Shown piece by piece: positions 20,438 through 30,390 of a stretch of 64,000 nt of DNA (the first letter of the stretch is position 1; every line of letters begins with the position of its first letter). A program made the position numbers and the translations under genes. The stretch comes from Candidatus Falkowbacteria bacterium (GTDB lineage: Bacteria; Patescibacteriota; Patescibacteriia; CAIXNZ01), in assembly GCA_963774955.1 (NCBI GenBank), contig CAVZGV010000006.1, forward strand, positions 8,354 to 72,353. The letters are read 5' to 3'. Below the pieces are notes generated by a model, which saw only the letters and a program-made list of their open reading frames with translations, searched no databases and was not told where the DNA came from.

Positions 20438-20650
20438 TTAACGGAAAAAATTTCTGATTTCCCAGGCTATAAACTCGGCTATGACTTTAAAAAATAATTC
20501 AACGTCATCCCGATACCAGAATAAAAAAAGGCTACTCAGGATAAAGATGAATTGGAACCACTCAGTGCTCATGCCAAAGACTTCAATGAAAAAAATACCT
20601 AATAGCCAGGAAAAAACTGCAGCTCCGATATAATACCGATAGCCCCACAT
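20438..20650 (-). CDS. Small two-TM hypothetical protein
   Basis: AAAGGAGGTG SD; hydrophobic. Confidence 0.6.
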   Translation of the reverse strand: MWGYRYYIGAAVFSWLLGIFFIEVFGMSTEWFQFIFILSSLFLFWYRDDVELFFKVIAEFIAWEIRNFFR

Positions 20651-20838
20651 TATTTTCCACCTCCTTTGAAAGAATCAAATCCCTCAATACTCTAATTAAA
20701 GATTAATTTTTTAATTATGTCAATACTAAGCTTAAATCATTGACATATTTGTTTTTTTCTGCTACACTACCTTATTCACTACTACCCCAATCTAATAATT
20801 TTTCTTGCCAGAACATAAATCAAAGGAGGTGATGACAT

Positions 20839-21132
20839 GTGTCAAACAAAATGTTCGGCGGCAAGATAGGCGGTAAGCACACGACCCTGATTGACGCGGC
20901 TTTGCCTTTAGTCATTCAGGCGTGTAAGTTACCGACAGTTCGCAAGGTTACTCTTAACACCATAAGGTATGTTAATAGTAAACAAGGCGGACCAAACCGG
21001 GTAAAGTTCCGAATTATAAACGGAGGCTTGCAGGCCAAAGTGCGCGGCAATGCCTCCATCCAGTTTATCTGTATTTATTGTTCGGAACCGGAACAAACCC
21101 AGGAAAGGCTGGAACAAGTTTTCAGCCACTAG
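20839..21132 (+). CDS. DUF2103-like protein
   Basis: GGKHTTLI...GL.AKVRGNASIQ resembles DUF2103; SD and TTGACA-17-TACACT promoter. Confidence 0.55.
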   Translation: MSNKMFGGKIGGKHTTLIDAALPLVIQACKLPTVRKVTLNTIRYVNSKQGGPNRVKFRIINGGLQAKVRGNASIQFICIYCSEPEQTQERLEQVFSH

Positions 21133-21216
21133 ACTAGAAAGGAGTTTATAATGAATAATGAAAAGAAACTAACTCCATTCTAAAAGACCCTGCTCGTAAT
21201 TGAGACAGGGTCTTTT

Positions 21217-21657
21217 CTATGTACCTGAGTTTAATTTATATCTGATTCTTAAAATACCGTCGCTATAATCGTGAGAAATAATTTTAAACTCTCCGATTTC
21301 CCTTGTAGAATTTACATGTGGTCCTATGCAAGGACAGGCATCGTAATCTCCTATTGTAATAATGCGAATTTGATCTGTATCGCCGTCCGGTAAACGAGAA
21401 AGGTCGAATTCCTTAGCAGCAAATTCACGGCTTACAAACCCCTCAATAATCCGCAAATCTTGAGCAATTACTTCGTTAATCTTATTTTCTAAAGTCACAA
21501 CTTCAGTTTCAGTCAAATCACGATCAATCTTGTAATCGCATTTAGATTTTTTGGCTTCAATATGGGCACTAAAACAACGACCAGTGCCGAATAAACGGAT
21601 CATGGTCTGATTGAGCAGATGTTCGGCGGTATGCATAGGCGGATTAGTATCTTTCAT
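21217..21657 (-). CDS. AlaX-like free-standing tRNA editing domain protein
   Basis: HTAEH and CPCIGPHV Zn motifs. Confidence 0.85.
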   Translation of the reverse strand: MKDTNPPMHTAEHLLNQTMIRLFGTGRCFSAHIEAKKSKCDYKIDRDLTETEVVTLENKINEVIAQDLRIIEGFVSREFAAKEFDLSRLPDGDTDQIRIITIGDYDACPCIGPHVNSTREIGEFKIISHDYSDGILRIRYKLNSGT

Positions 21658-21663
21658 ATTTTA

Positions 21664-22371
21664 CTAGATTTTAGTTTTAATTATTGTACCGATAAAACTC
21701 CCGCCATTGATATAGCTTAATAAATTCCAGATGTTATTGCCGTTCATAATAAAGACTTCCAGCTTTAATTTTGCGGCCAGCTGACTGGCAATAGGATCAA
21801 AAGGCAAATTCGCGCCCGGATCCCATTCAGTACCCACAATTTTAATAAATTCCGGCCAAGTAGTTTGCTCAATTTTTTTGGCGTCTGGGAATTTCTTGGG
21901 ATCTTTGTCATAGACATAATCAATATTAGACAAATTAATGACTTTTTTAGCTTTAAATTTTTTAGCCAAATTAACAGCCATGTTATCCGAAGAAGCTCCC
22001 GGTTTCCAGCCGCCGGCTACAATGACGGGCGCATTTTTATTCCTATCCATCCGGGCATTCGGTTTATCCAGAACTTTATAATAAGCAAAACTATTAAACA
22101 TAATTCTGACCAGTTCGGCGTTAACTTTGGTGGCCTTTATTCCCATCCAGTCCAATTCCCTGGCCGTAACCTGGGGATTTAATTCCCTAGCTACTTGATT
22201 ATATTTACGGCAAATCCTGCCCCCGCCGGTAATCAAAACGATACGATTACCCTGACCAACAAATTTTAAAACCGTCTCTTTTAGTCTAAGAAGAAAATTT
22301 AAATCTAATTCCTCGGGATAAATTAACGAGCCGCCGACTGAAATAATGATTGTTGCTTTAAATTTTTTCAT
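21664..22371 (-). CDS. pyrH: UMP kinase (archaeal-type; start re-called at MKKFK)
   Basis: ISVGGS, TGGG..CR.Y, D..GI.AT..NA, GGWKPG.SSD, VYDKDP, PFDP. Confidence 0.9.
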   Translation of the reverse strand: MKKFKATIIISVGGSLIYPEELDLNFLLRLKETVLKFVGQGNRIVLITGGGRICRKYNQVARELNPQVTARELDWMGIKATKVNAELVRIMFNSFAYYKVLDKPNARMDRNKNAPVIVAGGWKPGASSDNMAVNLAKKFKAKKVINLSNIDYVYDKDPKKFPDAKKIEQTTWPEFIKIVGTEWDPGANLPFDPIASQLAAKLKLEVFIMNGNNIWNLLSYINGGSFIGTIIKTKI

Positions 22372-22423
22372 ATTGACAATATTATATAATTGAATTAAGT
22401 TATAAGTCAAAGGAGGGCTTAAA

Positions 22424-23185
22424 ATGAAAATGGCAATAGCTTGTGATCATGGTGGCTATGATTTCAAAAGCAATATTCTGATGGGTTTTTTGGAGAAATT
22501 GGGACACGAGTCAATTGACTGCGGCACCTATTCTTCAGAACCAGTTGATTATCCTGATTTTGCAGCCAAGGCTGTCTACAAAATTTTGCTGGCTGAAGCC
22601 GAAAGGGCAATTTTAATCTGTGGCACAGGCATCGGTATGTCTATGGCAGCCAACAGATTCCCCCAAATCAGAGCAGCTTTAGCTTATGATAACGCGAGCG
22701 CCTGTCTGAGCCGCGAACATAATGATGCCAATGTTTTGTGCCTAGGAGCCAGAATAACCCCATACGGCAAGCTACTGCAAATAGTCCAACTTTGGCTGGA
22801 AACAGAATTTTCCTCCGAACAACGGCACATTAATCGTTTAGCCAAAATTGAACTTATAAAGCCGGAAATTCATTCCCTACCGGAAATTGACGGCAATCTG
22901 CTCGAAAAAACTGTCAGTGATTTCCAGTCCCAGATTGCCCGCCTAAAAGCAAAATGCGAATATTTGCATCATGAGAAAATTTATTGGGTCGGACTGGCCT
23001 CCAGAGCTGCTAAAGACAAACGCGATTTTGTCCAAGCAGCCTGCATGCAAGCCATGCGAAAATACAATTTACAGATAACCGAAGAACTGAACATTGAATC
23101 AGCGTTCGACGACAAGGTCGCAGAGCTGGAATCAAGAATCAATATCCTGCAACACATGCTGGATATTGCCTGCAATCAAAAATAA
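22424..23185 (+). CDS. rpiB: Ribose-5-phosphate isomerase B with ~105-aa helical C-terminal extension
   Basis: ACDHGG, DYPDFA, CGTGIGMSMAANR, REHNDANVLCLGAR, RH..R. Confidence 0.9.
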   Translation: MKMAIACDHGGYDFKSNILMGFLEKLGHESIDCGTYSSEPVDYPDFAAKAVYKILLAEAERAILICGTGIGMSMAANRFPQIRAALAYDNASACLSREHNDANVLCLGARITPYGKLLQIVQLWLETEFSSEQRHINRLAKIELIKPEIHSLPEIDGNLLEKTVSDFQSQIARLKAKCEYLHHEKIYWVGLASRAAKDKRDFVQAACMQAMRKYNLQITEELNIESAFDDKVAELESRINILQHMLDIACNQK

Positions 23186-23207
23186 AGAACGACGCAAGTC
23201 GTTCTTT

Positions 23208-23672
23208 TTATTTATGATAATCACTGCCCTTAATAATTTCAAAACTGCGATAAATTTGTTCTAAAAGTAATAACCTAATCAACTGATGAGTAAAAGTCAT
23301 TCTGGAAAACGATAAAGCTAAGTCGACTTTAGCCAGAACTTGCTGAGACAAACCCAAGGGCCCGCCGATGATAAAACAAATTTTCGCGCCTTTAAAATCT
23401 TTATTCTCTTTAATCAAATTACTCAATTCCTCACTATTAATTTCTTTACCCATGACATGTAAAGCAATATTGTAATAATCCTGATCCAAACTTTTCAAAA
23501 TCCGTTCCCCTTCCTTGGCCAATATATCATCAGCCGGCTGAGATTTAATCGGTTCTTCTTTTAAATTTATAATCTCAATCTGGGCGTATCGGGTTAAACG
23601 CTTTAAAAACTCAGTCTCAGCCTCAGTGTAATCTGACTTGGTTTTAGATATGGTTATGATCTTTATTTTCAT
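23208..23672 (-). CDS. rlmH: 23S rRNA m3psi1915 methyltransferase
   Basis: FIIGGPLGL, SRMTFTHQLIRLLLLEQIYRS, YHK. Confidence 0.95.
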   Translation of the reverse strand: MKIKIITISKTKSDYTEAETEFLKRLTRYAQIEIINLKEEPIKSQPADDILAKEGERILKSLDQDYYNIALHVMGKEINSEELSNLIKENKDFKGAKICFIIGGPLGLSQQVLAKVDLALSFSRMTFTHQLIRLLLLEQIYRSFEIIKGSDYHK

Positions 23673-23735
23673 ACTGTATTAATTTTATCGCTTATATTTA
23701 AAAAGGACAAGGCAGTTGCCTCGTCCTTGGGAATT

Positions 23736-24071
23736 TTAATTTTCCTTCATTCTGGCGCGGTTACACTTGGGACAAATTCTGACAGTTGTGTATTTCTCAA
23801 CCGGACAGTCTGTTTTCGTCGCCGATATTAACTTCCCTTTATTTTTACCGTCAGCAGCGACCAGCATAACCGGCCATTTGTCTGATGCTTTAGGTTTGAT
23901 GACCATTTTCCCTGTTTTGAGGTCTTTAGTCGCAAACAGAGGTCCGACTTGGCCGCAAAGCACGCAGATTACATGATATTTACCACTGGCATCCATCTGA
24001 GCTCTTTGTTCGGCAATTAGCTTCGAAACAGCTGACTTCTTTCCCCTGCCAATTACAGTGTTTTGTGACAT
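23736..24071 (-). CDS. Small hypothetical protein with two CxxC motifs
   Basis: CVLC...CPKC; TAAGGAGG SD. Confidence 0.6.
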   Translation of the reverse strand: MSQNTVIGRGKKSAVSKLIAEQRAQMDASGKYHVICVLCGQVGPLFATKDLKTGKMVIKPKASDKWPVMLVAADGKNKGKLISATKTDCPVEKYTTVRICPKCNRARMKEN

Positions 24072-24106
24072 GAGTTCCTCCTTAAGCTAAAATTATCAAC
24101 TAATTT

Positions 24107-24670
24107 TTAATTAGTCAAATGTGTTATTTCCAGACCTGTGCCGATATCCTTTAATTCACTTTGATATTTTTTTTCGTTGTTAACATAGTATAAATAATCT
24201 TCCAATACATGCTTATGCGAAATGACATTGTCAGCTACGATCAAAGCACCCTCATTCAAATGGGGTTCCAAAAGTTTTAACTGGGGCAAGTATTCATTTT
24301 TGCGTCCGTCCAGAAAAACAAAATCAACTTTTTCATTCCAATGTTTTAGCCGTTTATTAGCATCATCAGGAATTATATTCACATACTGGATTAATTTGGC
24401 AATTTGCAGATTATGAACCAAATCACGGACTTTGTCCGGTACAAATTCAAAAGTATAAAATTTAGCGCCTACATGTCTGGCGCCCATAGCCAGCCAAATC
24501 GTGGAATAACCATTGGATGCCCCTATCTCCATCATCACCTGAGGTTTTTTCTCAAGAATTAACTCGTACAAAAACTGCCCGGTTTCCCGGGAAATATTCC
24601 ACTGGCCGCCTTCATTGTTAATTACCTCAAGTTTCTTGAGTAAATTATCGATTTTGTCATCAATAGTCAT
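24107..24670 (-). CDS. Class I SAM-dependent O-methyltransferase
   Basis: EIGASNGYSTIW, DFVFLD..K..Y, IVADNV. Confidence 0.88.
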   Translation of the reverse strand: MTIDDKIDNLLKKLEVINNEGGQWNISRETGQFLYELILEKKPQVMMEIGASNGYSTIWLAMGARHVGAKFYTFEFVPDKVRDLVHNLQIAKLIQYVNIIPDDANKRLKHWNEKVDFVFLDGRKNEYLPQLKLLEPHLNEGALIVADNVISHKHVLEDYLYYVNNEKKYQSELKDIGTGLEITHLTN

Positions 24671-24794
24671 ACTCTTAATTTAGCTTATTTCAGCCTTTTT
24701 TACAAGTAACTGATTGACATTTTGACTTAAAAATGCTAAATTTATCAATCAAAAGAAGTCTAAAGATTGTTATTTTAAAATAAGGAGGCAGATC

Positions 24795-25937
24795 ATGCTG
24801 TCAGATAAAGCCAGATACAGAATCTTCGGCCTGGCGCTGGAGACTGTTTTTGAAACCGGTGATTTCCTGAAAATCATTCAAGACTTACAACGTGACGATC
24901 CGGAAATGGCAATTTTTTTCTTCAAAATAAAATGGGCTAAGGTCAAACGAATCCTGATTGACAGCGGCTCCTGGGCCACACGGTTTGAAGCCATTGAACT
25001 TTTAGACACCTTCATGAATACTTATCGGATTAAAAACCGGGAAATTTGGGAAGAAGTTCTGCATACTGATCAGGATCTATTCCTCTTCGGGAAAAAAATC
25101 TCCCTGAATACGATCTGGGAAGAACGGCTCAAGGCCGATCCGAAACAAAGGATGGAAATTGACCGTCTGACCATTATCAAGGCGCTCCTTAATACTTACA
25201 TGCTCGAAACTAAAATCATGCAGGATTCTGAATCCCTAAGGCGTCTTGATGTCATTTTCCCCCAGGAACTGCAAATCGTGGTGGATAAGCTTAAACACTA
25301 CCAGATTCGTTGCAGTGTTGAAGACCTGCAACGGCTGCTGGAAGAAGAATTTCCCAGATTACCGCAAAGCTATTTCAACTATGTTGGAAAATACTTGCAG
25401 CAAATTCTGGATGGGTATCAGGCTGTTGACTTTGAACTGCCTTCAAGGGTAAGCGCAGAAACAGACACGTTGGAAGATGAATTTGACAATGTTTTCGCCA
25501 ATGCCCTGGTGGATGAAGAAATCAATCACCTTAAAACCAGAGAACCAGAAGTTTCTCTGGATGAAGGCAATCAGTCACTGGTCATAAATCTAAAGGGCAA
25601 AGATTATGAAATCACGGTTGACAGCATCACGGATCTGTTACTCAAGATGCTTAATTTCCCAGTCGAGGAAATTTATAACCGGGTGGCCGATCAGATACGA
25701 ACTTTCCGCCGCCATGCCAGGGATGAAGACAGGCTGGAAACATTCTGGCTAATCATTGATAATGTGGAAAAACAGCTGCAGGCACAATGGACAAAAGATG
25801 ATCAGTCCGAACTGATGGAAAAAATCGGCAAAATTATAACCTGTATCAGTATCCTCAAAACTGAGATGGGTAATGATATTGCCTTACTGTGCAGCCTACG
25901 CTTGGCCAAAGAAGCGCAAAATAAGGCCGGGACTTAA
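24795..25937 (+). CDS. Hypothetical helical protein
   Basis: 380-aa ORF, TAAGGAGG SD, terminator at 25923-25950. Confidence 0.7.
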   Translation: MLSDKARYRIFGLALETVFETGDFLKIIQDLQRDDPEMAIFFFKIKWAKVKRILIDSGSWATRFEAIELLDTFMNTYRIKNREIWEEVLHTDQDLFLFGKKISLNTIWEERLKADPKQRMEIDRLTIIKALLNTYMLETKIMQDSESLRRLDVIFPQELQIVVDKLKHYQIRCSVEDLQRLLEEEFPRLPQSYFNYVGKYLQQILDGYQAVDFELPSRVSAETDTLEDEFDNVFANALVDEEINHLKTREPEVSLDEGNQSLVINLKGKDYEITVDSITDLLLKMLNFPVEEIYNRVADQIRTFRRHARDEDRLETFWLIIDNVEKQLQAQWTKDDQSELMEKIGKIITCISILKTEMGNDIALLCSLRLAKEAQNKAGT

Positions 25938-25988
25938 AACCCGGCCTTTTTATTTTTCCTATATATCTGATTTTAAAATCCTAATTAT

Positions 25989-26567
25989 CTAATTCCTTTT
26001 CTTGATTTCCAAATCATACATTATTTCCTCAATTTTCCTGAGATTATTCTTGGCCTGATCGAATTTCGGACGTAAAGGACCGAGCATATTAAACTTTATT
26101 AATTCCTTAACCACATCTTCAATTGTCTGCTCACAGGCTGCCACTTCCTCATATCTGTGTCTGGTCGCTAAAAAAATGGCCTTTCTAACCAGTTCACCGG
26201 TAAAATCACATAATCCCCCCAAATAGCTGTCACAATCGATTTTAAGCCCTGCTATAGCCGTAATTTTGCCTGTTTTTAGGTATTGATAGAATAACTTAGC
26301 TTCCACATACTCTTCCATGGCCGCCAAATAAGAACCTTCGTATTCCAAACCGTCTTCGACTTTAATTTTTGTCGCCAAGTACTTAAATAACTTATCGCAC
26401 TCTTCAAGACACTTTTCCGCTTCAGCGATATTATCGCGATGCAAGGCAAAAATAGCCATTTTAGCAAATTTCAAAATGTCATTGCTGTGTTTAATAATGA
26501 TCCTGCGGTTGATATCGTAAGAATCATACTCTTTCTTCAGCTTGGTAAAAAATTTTTGATCTAACAT
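25989..26567 (-). CDS. Translin/TRAX family protein
   Basis: AMEEYVEA, YLGGLCDFTGELVR, LRPKFD. Confidence 0.85.
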   Translation of the reverse strand: MLDQKFFTKLKKEYDSYDINRRIIIKHSNDILKFAKMAIFALHRDNIAEAEKCLEECDKLFKYLATKIKVEDGLEYEGSYLAAMEEYVEAKLFYQYLKTGKITAIAGLKIDCDSYLGGLCDFTGELVRKAIFLATRHRYEEVAACEQTIEDVVKELIKFNMLGPLRPKFDQAKNNLRKIEEIMYDLEIKKRN

Positions 26568-26618
26568 ACTTTTAGCATATAGCTAATGGCAAATAGCGTA
26601 TTGCTATTAGCATAATAA

Positions 26619-27659
26619 TTAATTATTAATAAAATATTTGGCCCGGTTAGCGGCATGTTCTTCCAATGTTCTGGCAAAAACCATATCACCCTCAGGCGTA
26701 TTAATGAAATAAAAGTAGTTATTCTTATCAGGATAAACTGCAGCTAAAATTGAATCCAATCCTGGATTACAAATTGGACCAGGAGGTAAACCTGGATATT
26801 TATAGGTGTTATATAAGCTATCAACGTCTAAATCGTCATAGCTCGGACGGTCAGTCTGTTTACCCGTAATGTAATTGACTGTCGGATCAGCCTGTAATGG
26901 CATCCCGATTTTGAGACGATTATAATAAACTCCCGCTACCATTTTTTTGTCTTCCGAAGTTTGCGCTTCCTTTTCAACTATGGAAGCCAGGGTCAGAATA
27001 TCATAAAGCTTTTTATCCTGGCCGACAATATCACCCAAGACTTTACTGTCAATTTTTTTATCAAAATTATTAAGCATTTTAACGATCACATCTTTAAGGT
27101 CAGAATCCTTAAAAATCCGATAGGTGTCCGGAAACAAATAACCTTCCAAACTAACTCCCTCGGGTTTTTCCTGCAAAAATTCATAATCTTTAACCCAAGC
27201 CGGCATTTGAATATTATAATGCTTACCAGGTTGTCCGCTTTGGGCAAAAAAGTCTTCTTTTTTCGCCAAGCCTATTTTTTCAAAATAATCCGCCAAATCA
27301 TACAGGTCCCAGCCTTCAATAATTTTTATATTCAATTCATTATCCAAGGCATTGCCTGAAGTTAAAGCATTGGTCAGCTGACGGAGGCTCCAGGTATCTT
27401 TTATCTCATGCTCTCCGGCCAGAATTTTACCTTCAGCTTTTTTCAACCAAACATAGGTTTCAAAAACAAAAGAATTGTCAATCAAACCATCTTTTTTCAA
27501 ATCGCGGCTGATTTGGTTAACACCAGAACCTGCCTTGATCACAAAAGTCTTGCTGACACCCGACCCCTCCTGGGAAATAAAAACTATCTTAAAAAGCCAA
27601 CCGGCAATTAAAACCGCAATAATAAATATAACAATAATAATGGCGAAAAATTTTTTCAT
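26619..27659 (-). CDS. mltG: Endolytic transglycosylase MltG
   Basis: EGYLFPDTY, LASIVEKE, LQADPT, YNTY..GLPPGPICNPG. Confidence 0.95.
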   Translation of the reverse strand: MKKFFAIIIVIFIIAVLIAGWLFKIVFISQEGSGVSKTFVIKAGSGVNQISRDLKKDGLIDNSFVFETYVWLKKAEGKILAGEHEIKDTWSLRQLTNALTSGNALDNELNIKIIEGWDLYDLADYFEKIGLAKKEDFFAQSGQPGKHYNIQMPAWVKDYEFLQEKPEGVSLEGYLFPDTYRIFKDSDLKDVIVKMLNNFDKKIDSKVLGDIVGQDKKLYDILTLASIVEKEAQTSEDKKMVAGVYYNRLKIGMPLQADPTVNYITGKQTDRPSYDDLDVDSLYNTYKYPGLPPGPICNPGLDSILAAVYPDKNNYFYFINTPEGDMVFARTLEEHAANRAKYFINN

Positions 27660-28474
27660 TATTTTAGTAACAAATAAATTATTATAGCAATACCTAATAT
27701 TATACGGTAATAGCCAAAAACATTCAATGAATGATTTTTCAGATACGCCAACAAATATTTAATGGCCAATAAACCGATAAGCATAGCCGCAAAAAGGCCG
27801 GCTAAATAGATAATCATGTCAAGACTGTTTAAGCTGATTGCCCTTAAATCCCAGGCTTTTTTAATGCCTGCGGCAAAGACTATCGGGATAGACATCAAAA
27901 AAGAAAATCGAGCCGCAGTTTCCCTTTTCAGGTTCAGGCCCATTCCCGCAGAAATAGTTGCGCCTGAACGGGATACTCCTGGAATCAGGGCCAGAGCCTG
28001 CGCCAATCCCAAATAAATAGCCTTGGACCAGTTTAAGCTCTGTAAGTCTAATGTTTGCCGACTGATTTTTTCAATAATCAGGAAAATAACACCAACAATG
28101 ATCAGAAATAAGGCGACGCTAAATAAATTACGGAAAATACTGTCAATAAAATCATTTAAAAATAAGCCGGCAATAACCGCGGGAATCATGGTTATAAGAA
28201 TTAACCAGGAAATTCTTTGATCAAGGTTGGACTTTAATTCCCATTTGATTAAACTCTTTATAAAAGCCCTTAAATAACGTATAATATCCTTATAGAAATA
28301 AATGACTAAAGCCGCTAAGGTACCCCAATGCAAAAAAACATCATAAGCCAGATCATCGGCTGTTTGCCAATTGAAAATATCGTGAAAAATTAACAAATGG
28401 CCTGAGCTGGATATGGGCAGAAATTCAGTTAACCCCTGAATGATGCCTAAAATAATTGATGAAACTAAACTCAT
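27659..28474 (-). CDS. uppP: Undecaprenyl-diphosphatase BacA
   Basis: QGLTEFLPISSSGH, PGVSRSGAT, AARFSFL. Confidence 0.96.
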   Translation of the reverse strand: MSLVSSIILGIIQGLTEFLPISSSGHLLIFHDIFNWQTADDLAYDVFLHWGTLAALVIYFYKDIIRYLRAFIKSLIKWELKSNLDQRISWLILITMIPAVIAGLFLNDFIDSIFRNLFSVALFLIIVGVIFLIIEKISRQTLDLQSLNWSKAIYLGLAQALALIPGVSRSGATISAGMGLNLKRETAARFSFLMSIPIVFAAGIKKAWDLRAISLNSLDMIIYLAGLFAAMLIGLLAIKYLLAYLKNHSLNVFGYYRIILGIAIIIYLLLK

Positions 28475-28555
28475 ATTTTGCCATGATTTATGATATAAGA
28501 TTTACGATATAAGTAACAACTTATATCTTAGATCCTAAATCTTAAATCCAAACTT

Positions 28556-28972
28556 ATGTCTTATAAACTCATTCTCGTCCCCTTTATTGCCCTTTTTCTC
28601 GCCCAATTAATCAAGGTAACCATTGACTCATTTAAAGGCCAATTTTCCTGGCGTAATTTCAATAATTACGGCGGTATGCCCTCATCTCATTCGGCCATGG
28701 TCGCGGCTTTAGCAACTGTGATGGCTAAAGAATTTGGTTTAACATCCGGATATTTTGCCCTGGCCTTTGCCTATGCCTTTTTAACGATTCGTGATGCTGT
28801 AGGTCTACGTTATCAACTCGGCTTTCACAGTAAAATAATTAATCGACTGATCAAAGATTTGCCCGATGATAAAGAAAATAAATATCCGTATTTGCAGGAA
28901 AGGCTCGGCCATACTTATTGGCAAGCTCTGGCCGGCATAATCATGGGTATAATTATTGCCCTAATTATTTAA
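28556..28972 (+). CDS. Divergent PAP2 family protein (DUF212)
   Basis: GGMPSSHSA, DA.GLR, ERLGHT. Confidence 0.88.
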   Translation: MSYKLILVPFIALFLAQLIKVTIDSFKGQFSWRNFNNYGGMPSSHSAMVAALATVMAKEFGLTSGYFALAFAYAFLTIRDAVGLRYQLGFHSKIINRLIKDLPDDKENKYPYLQERLGHTYWQALAGIIMGIIIALII

Positions 28973-29088
28973 TAAATTATCCACATCTCTTTACAAACCC
29001 GAACATCTTTGCTAAATTTACATAACTCTTAAAGTATAGTTCTTTTCATTGTAATTATCAACATTAAACTGAACAAAGGAGGCAGAGA

Positions 29089-29916
29089 ATGCATAAATTG
29101 CTGAGTAAGGGCTTACTGTCGGCATTCCCCTTTGGGCAGCCAAACCAGAGCCAAAACCAGAATCAGGGCAAACCCCAGAAAGGGCCGGGCTGCTATCTTG
29201 TTGTGGCTGTCGTCAGCTTTATCATGATTATAATCTTTAAGGCCATTGATAATAAATGGCAGACCAACCTTATACCCTACTCCCTGTTCGAATTCTGGCA
29301 CTGCCAGTATCCTTTAATTGAAGGTGTCAAAGCAGCTATGCCCCTTTTTTACTGGGGTGTTTTGCTAAAAACTCTTGACATCACTTTCAGGTCTGATTCC
29401 TCAAACAGAGAAATTGCGGAAAATATCACCCCGGCCCAACTACTGGGCGGCGGCATCCTCATGAGCGTTTTTGCCGGAGTGTTTGAAGAAATCAGTTTCC
29501 GCTGGATCATGTTTTTCGATAGCATTGTCGCCAACAAACTGATAAATTACCTGCTTTTGGGCTTCATGGATCATGGCATTGTGAAATGGCTATTTTTGCA
29601 CTGGGGAGCGCCCATAACCAACTGGGTCACCTTTGATCTGTTTTACTCCTATATTCATAATCCGTTGGGTTGGTCTGTAGGAGCGGCCATGATCGCCATC
29701 AATGCCACTTTTCGTGACGGTCACAAATATCAGGGGCCTATTGGCTGGCTGAACAGCTGGTATGTCGGCTTTTTCCTTTTCTGGATCATGTTTAATTACG
29801 GCTTGCTAAATGCCATCATCGCCCATGCCATCTACGATTTGCTGGTTACTGGCGAGGAATTTCTTTACTTTAGCTACTATTGCCGTAAACACGGAATTAC
29901 GCCCCAAACAGAATGA
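29089..29916 (+). CDS. CPBP/Abi (CAAX-type) intramembrane protease family
   Basis: EEISFR, conserved H, AIIAHAIYD; multi-TM; SD. Confidence 0.75.
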   Translation: MHKLLSKGLLSAFPFGQPNQSQNQNQGKPQKGPGCYLVVAVVSFIMIIIFKAIDNKWQTNLIPYSLFEFWHCQYPLIEGVKAAMPLFYWGVLLKTLDITFRSDSSNREIAENITPAQLLGGGILMSVFAGVFEEISFRWIMFFDSIVANKLINYLLLGFMDHGIVKWLFLHWGAPITNWVTFDLFYSYIHNPLGWSVGAAMIAINATFRDGHKYQGPIGWLNSWYVGFFLFWIMFNYGLLNAIIAHAIYDLLVTGEEFLYFSYYCRKHGITPQTE

Positions 29917-29969
29917 CTACAAATTCTGTTGAATCTAAATATACCCGCGGAAAACTTTCTGCGGGTATT

Positions 29970-30386
29970 TTATTCTCCGACAATCTGGACCGTGATTAAA
30001 CGGTCCCTTTTTTTAATATCAAAATCTAAAAGCACAATCTGTTGCCAGGTGCCTAAAACTAATTCCTGGTTTATCAAGGGTACTGTCAATGAGGTGCCGA
30101 TCAAAGTCGAACGGATATGGGAAAAGCCATTGCCATCCTGCCACTTTTTATCATGGTAATATTCCTTGCCCTGCGGCGCAATTATTTCCAGTGCGTCTTT
30201 CAGATCCTTGTCCAATTCAGCACCCACTTCCATGGTAGAAATCGCGGCCGTAGATCCGGTGACAAAAACCAAAACCTGACCGCTTAATATTTTAGAGTCA
30301 CTGACGATTTTTTCCACCTCATCAGTAATATTTATAACAGCGCAACAACCTTCGGAATTAATTGTAAAATTTTCAGAGTATACCAT
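29970..30386 (-). CDS. YjbQ/UPF0047 family protein (start re-called at MVYSENF)
   Basis: GSTAA, NG.SHIRS.L.G, LGTWQQI. Confidence 0.88.
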   Translation of the reverse strand: MVYSENFTINSEGCCAVINITDEVEKIVSDSKILSGQVLVFVTGSTAAISTMEVGAELDKDLKDALEIIAPQGKEYYHDKKWQDGNGFSHIRSTLIGTSLTVPLINQELVLGTWQQIVLLDFDIKKRDRLITVQIVGE

Positions 30387-30390
30387 AAAA

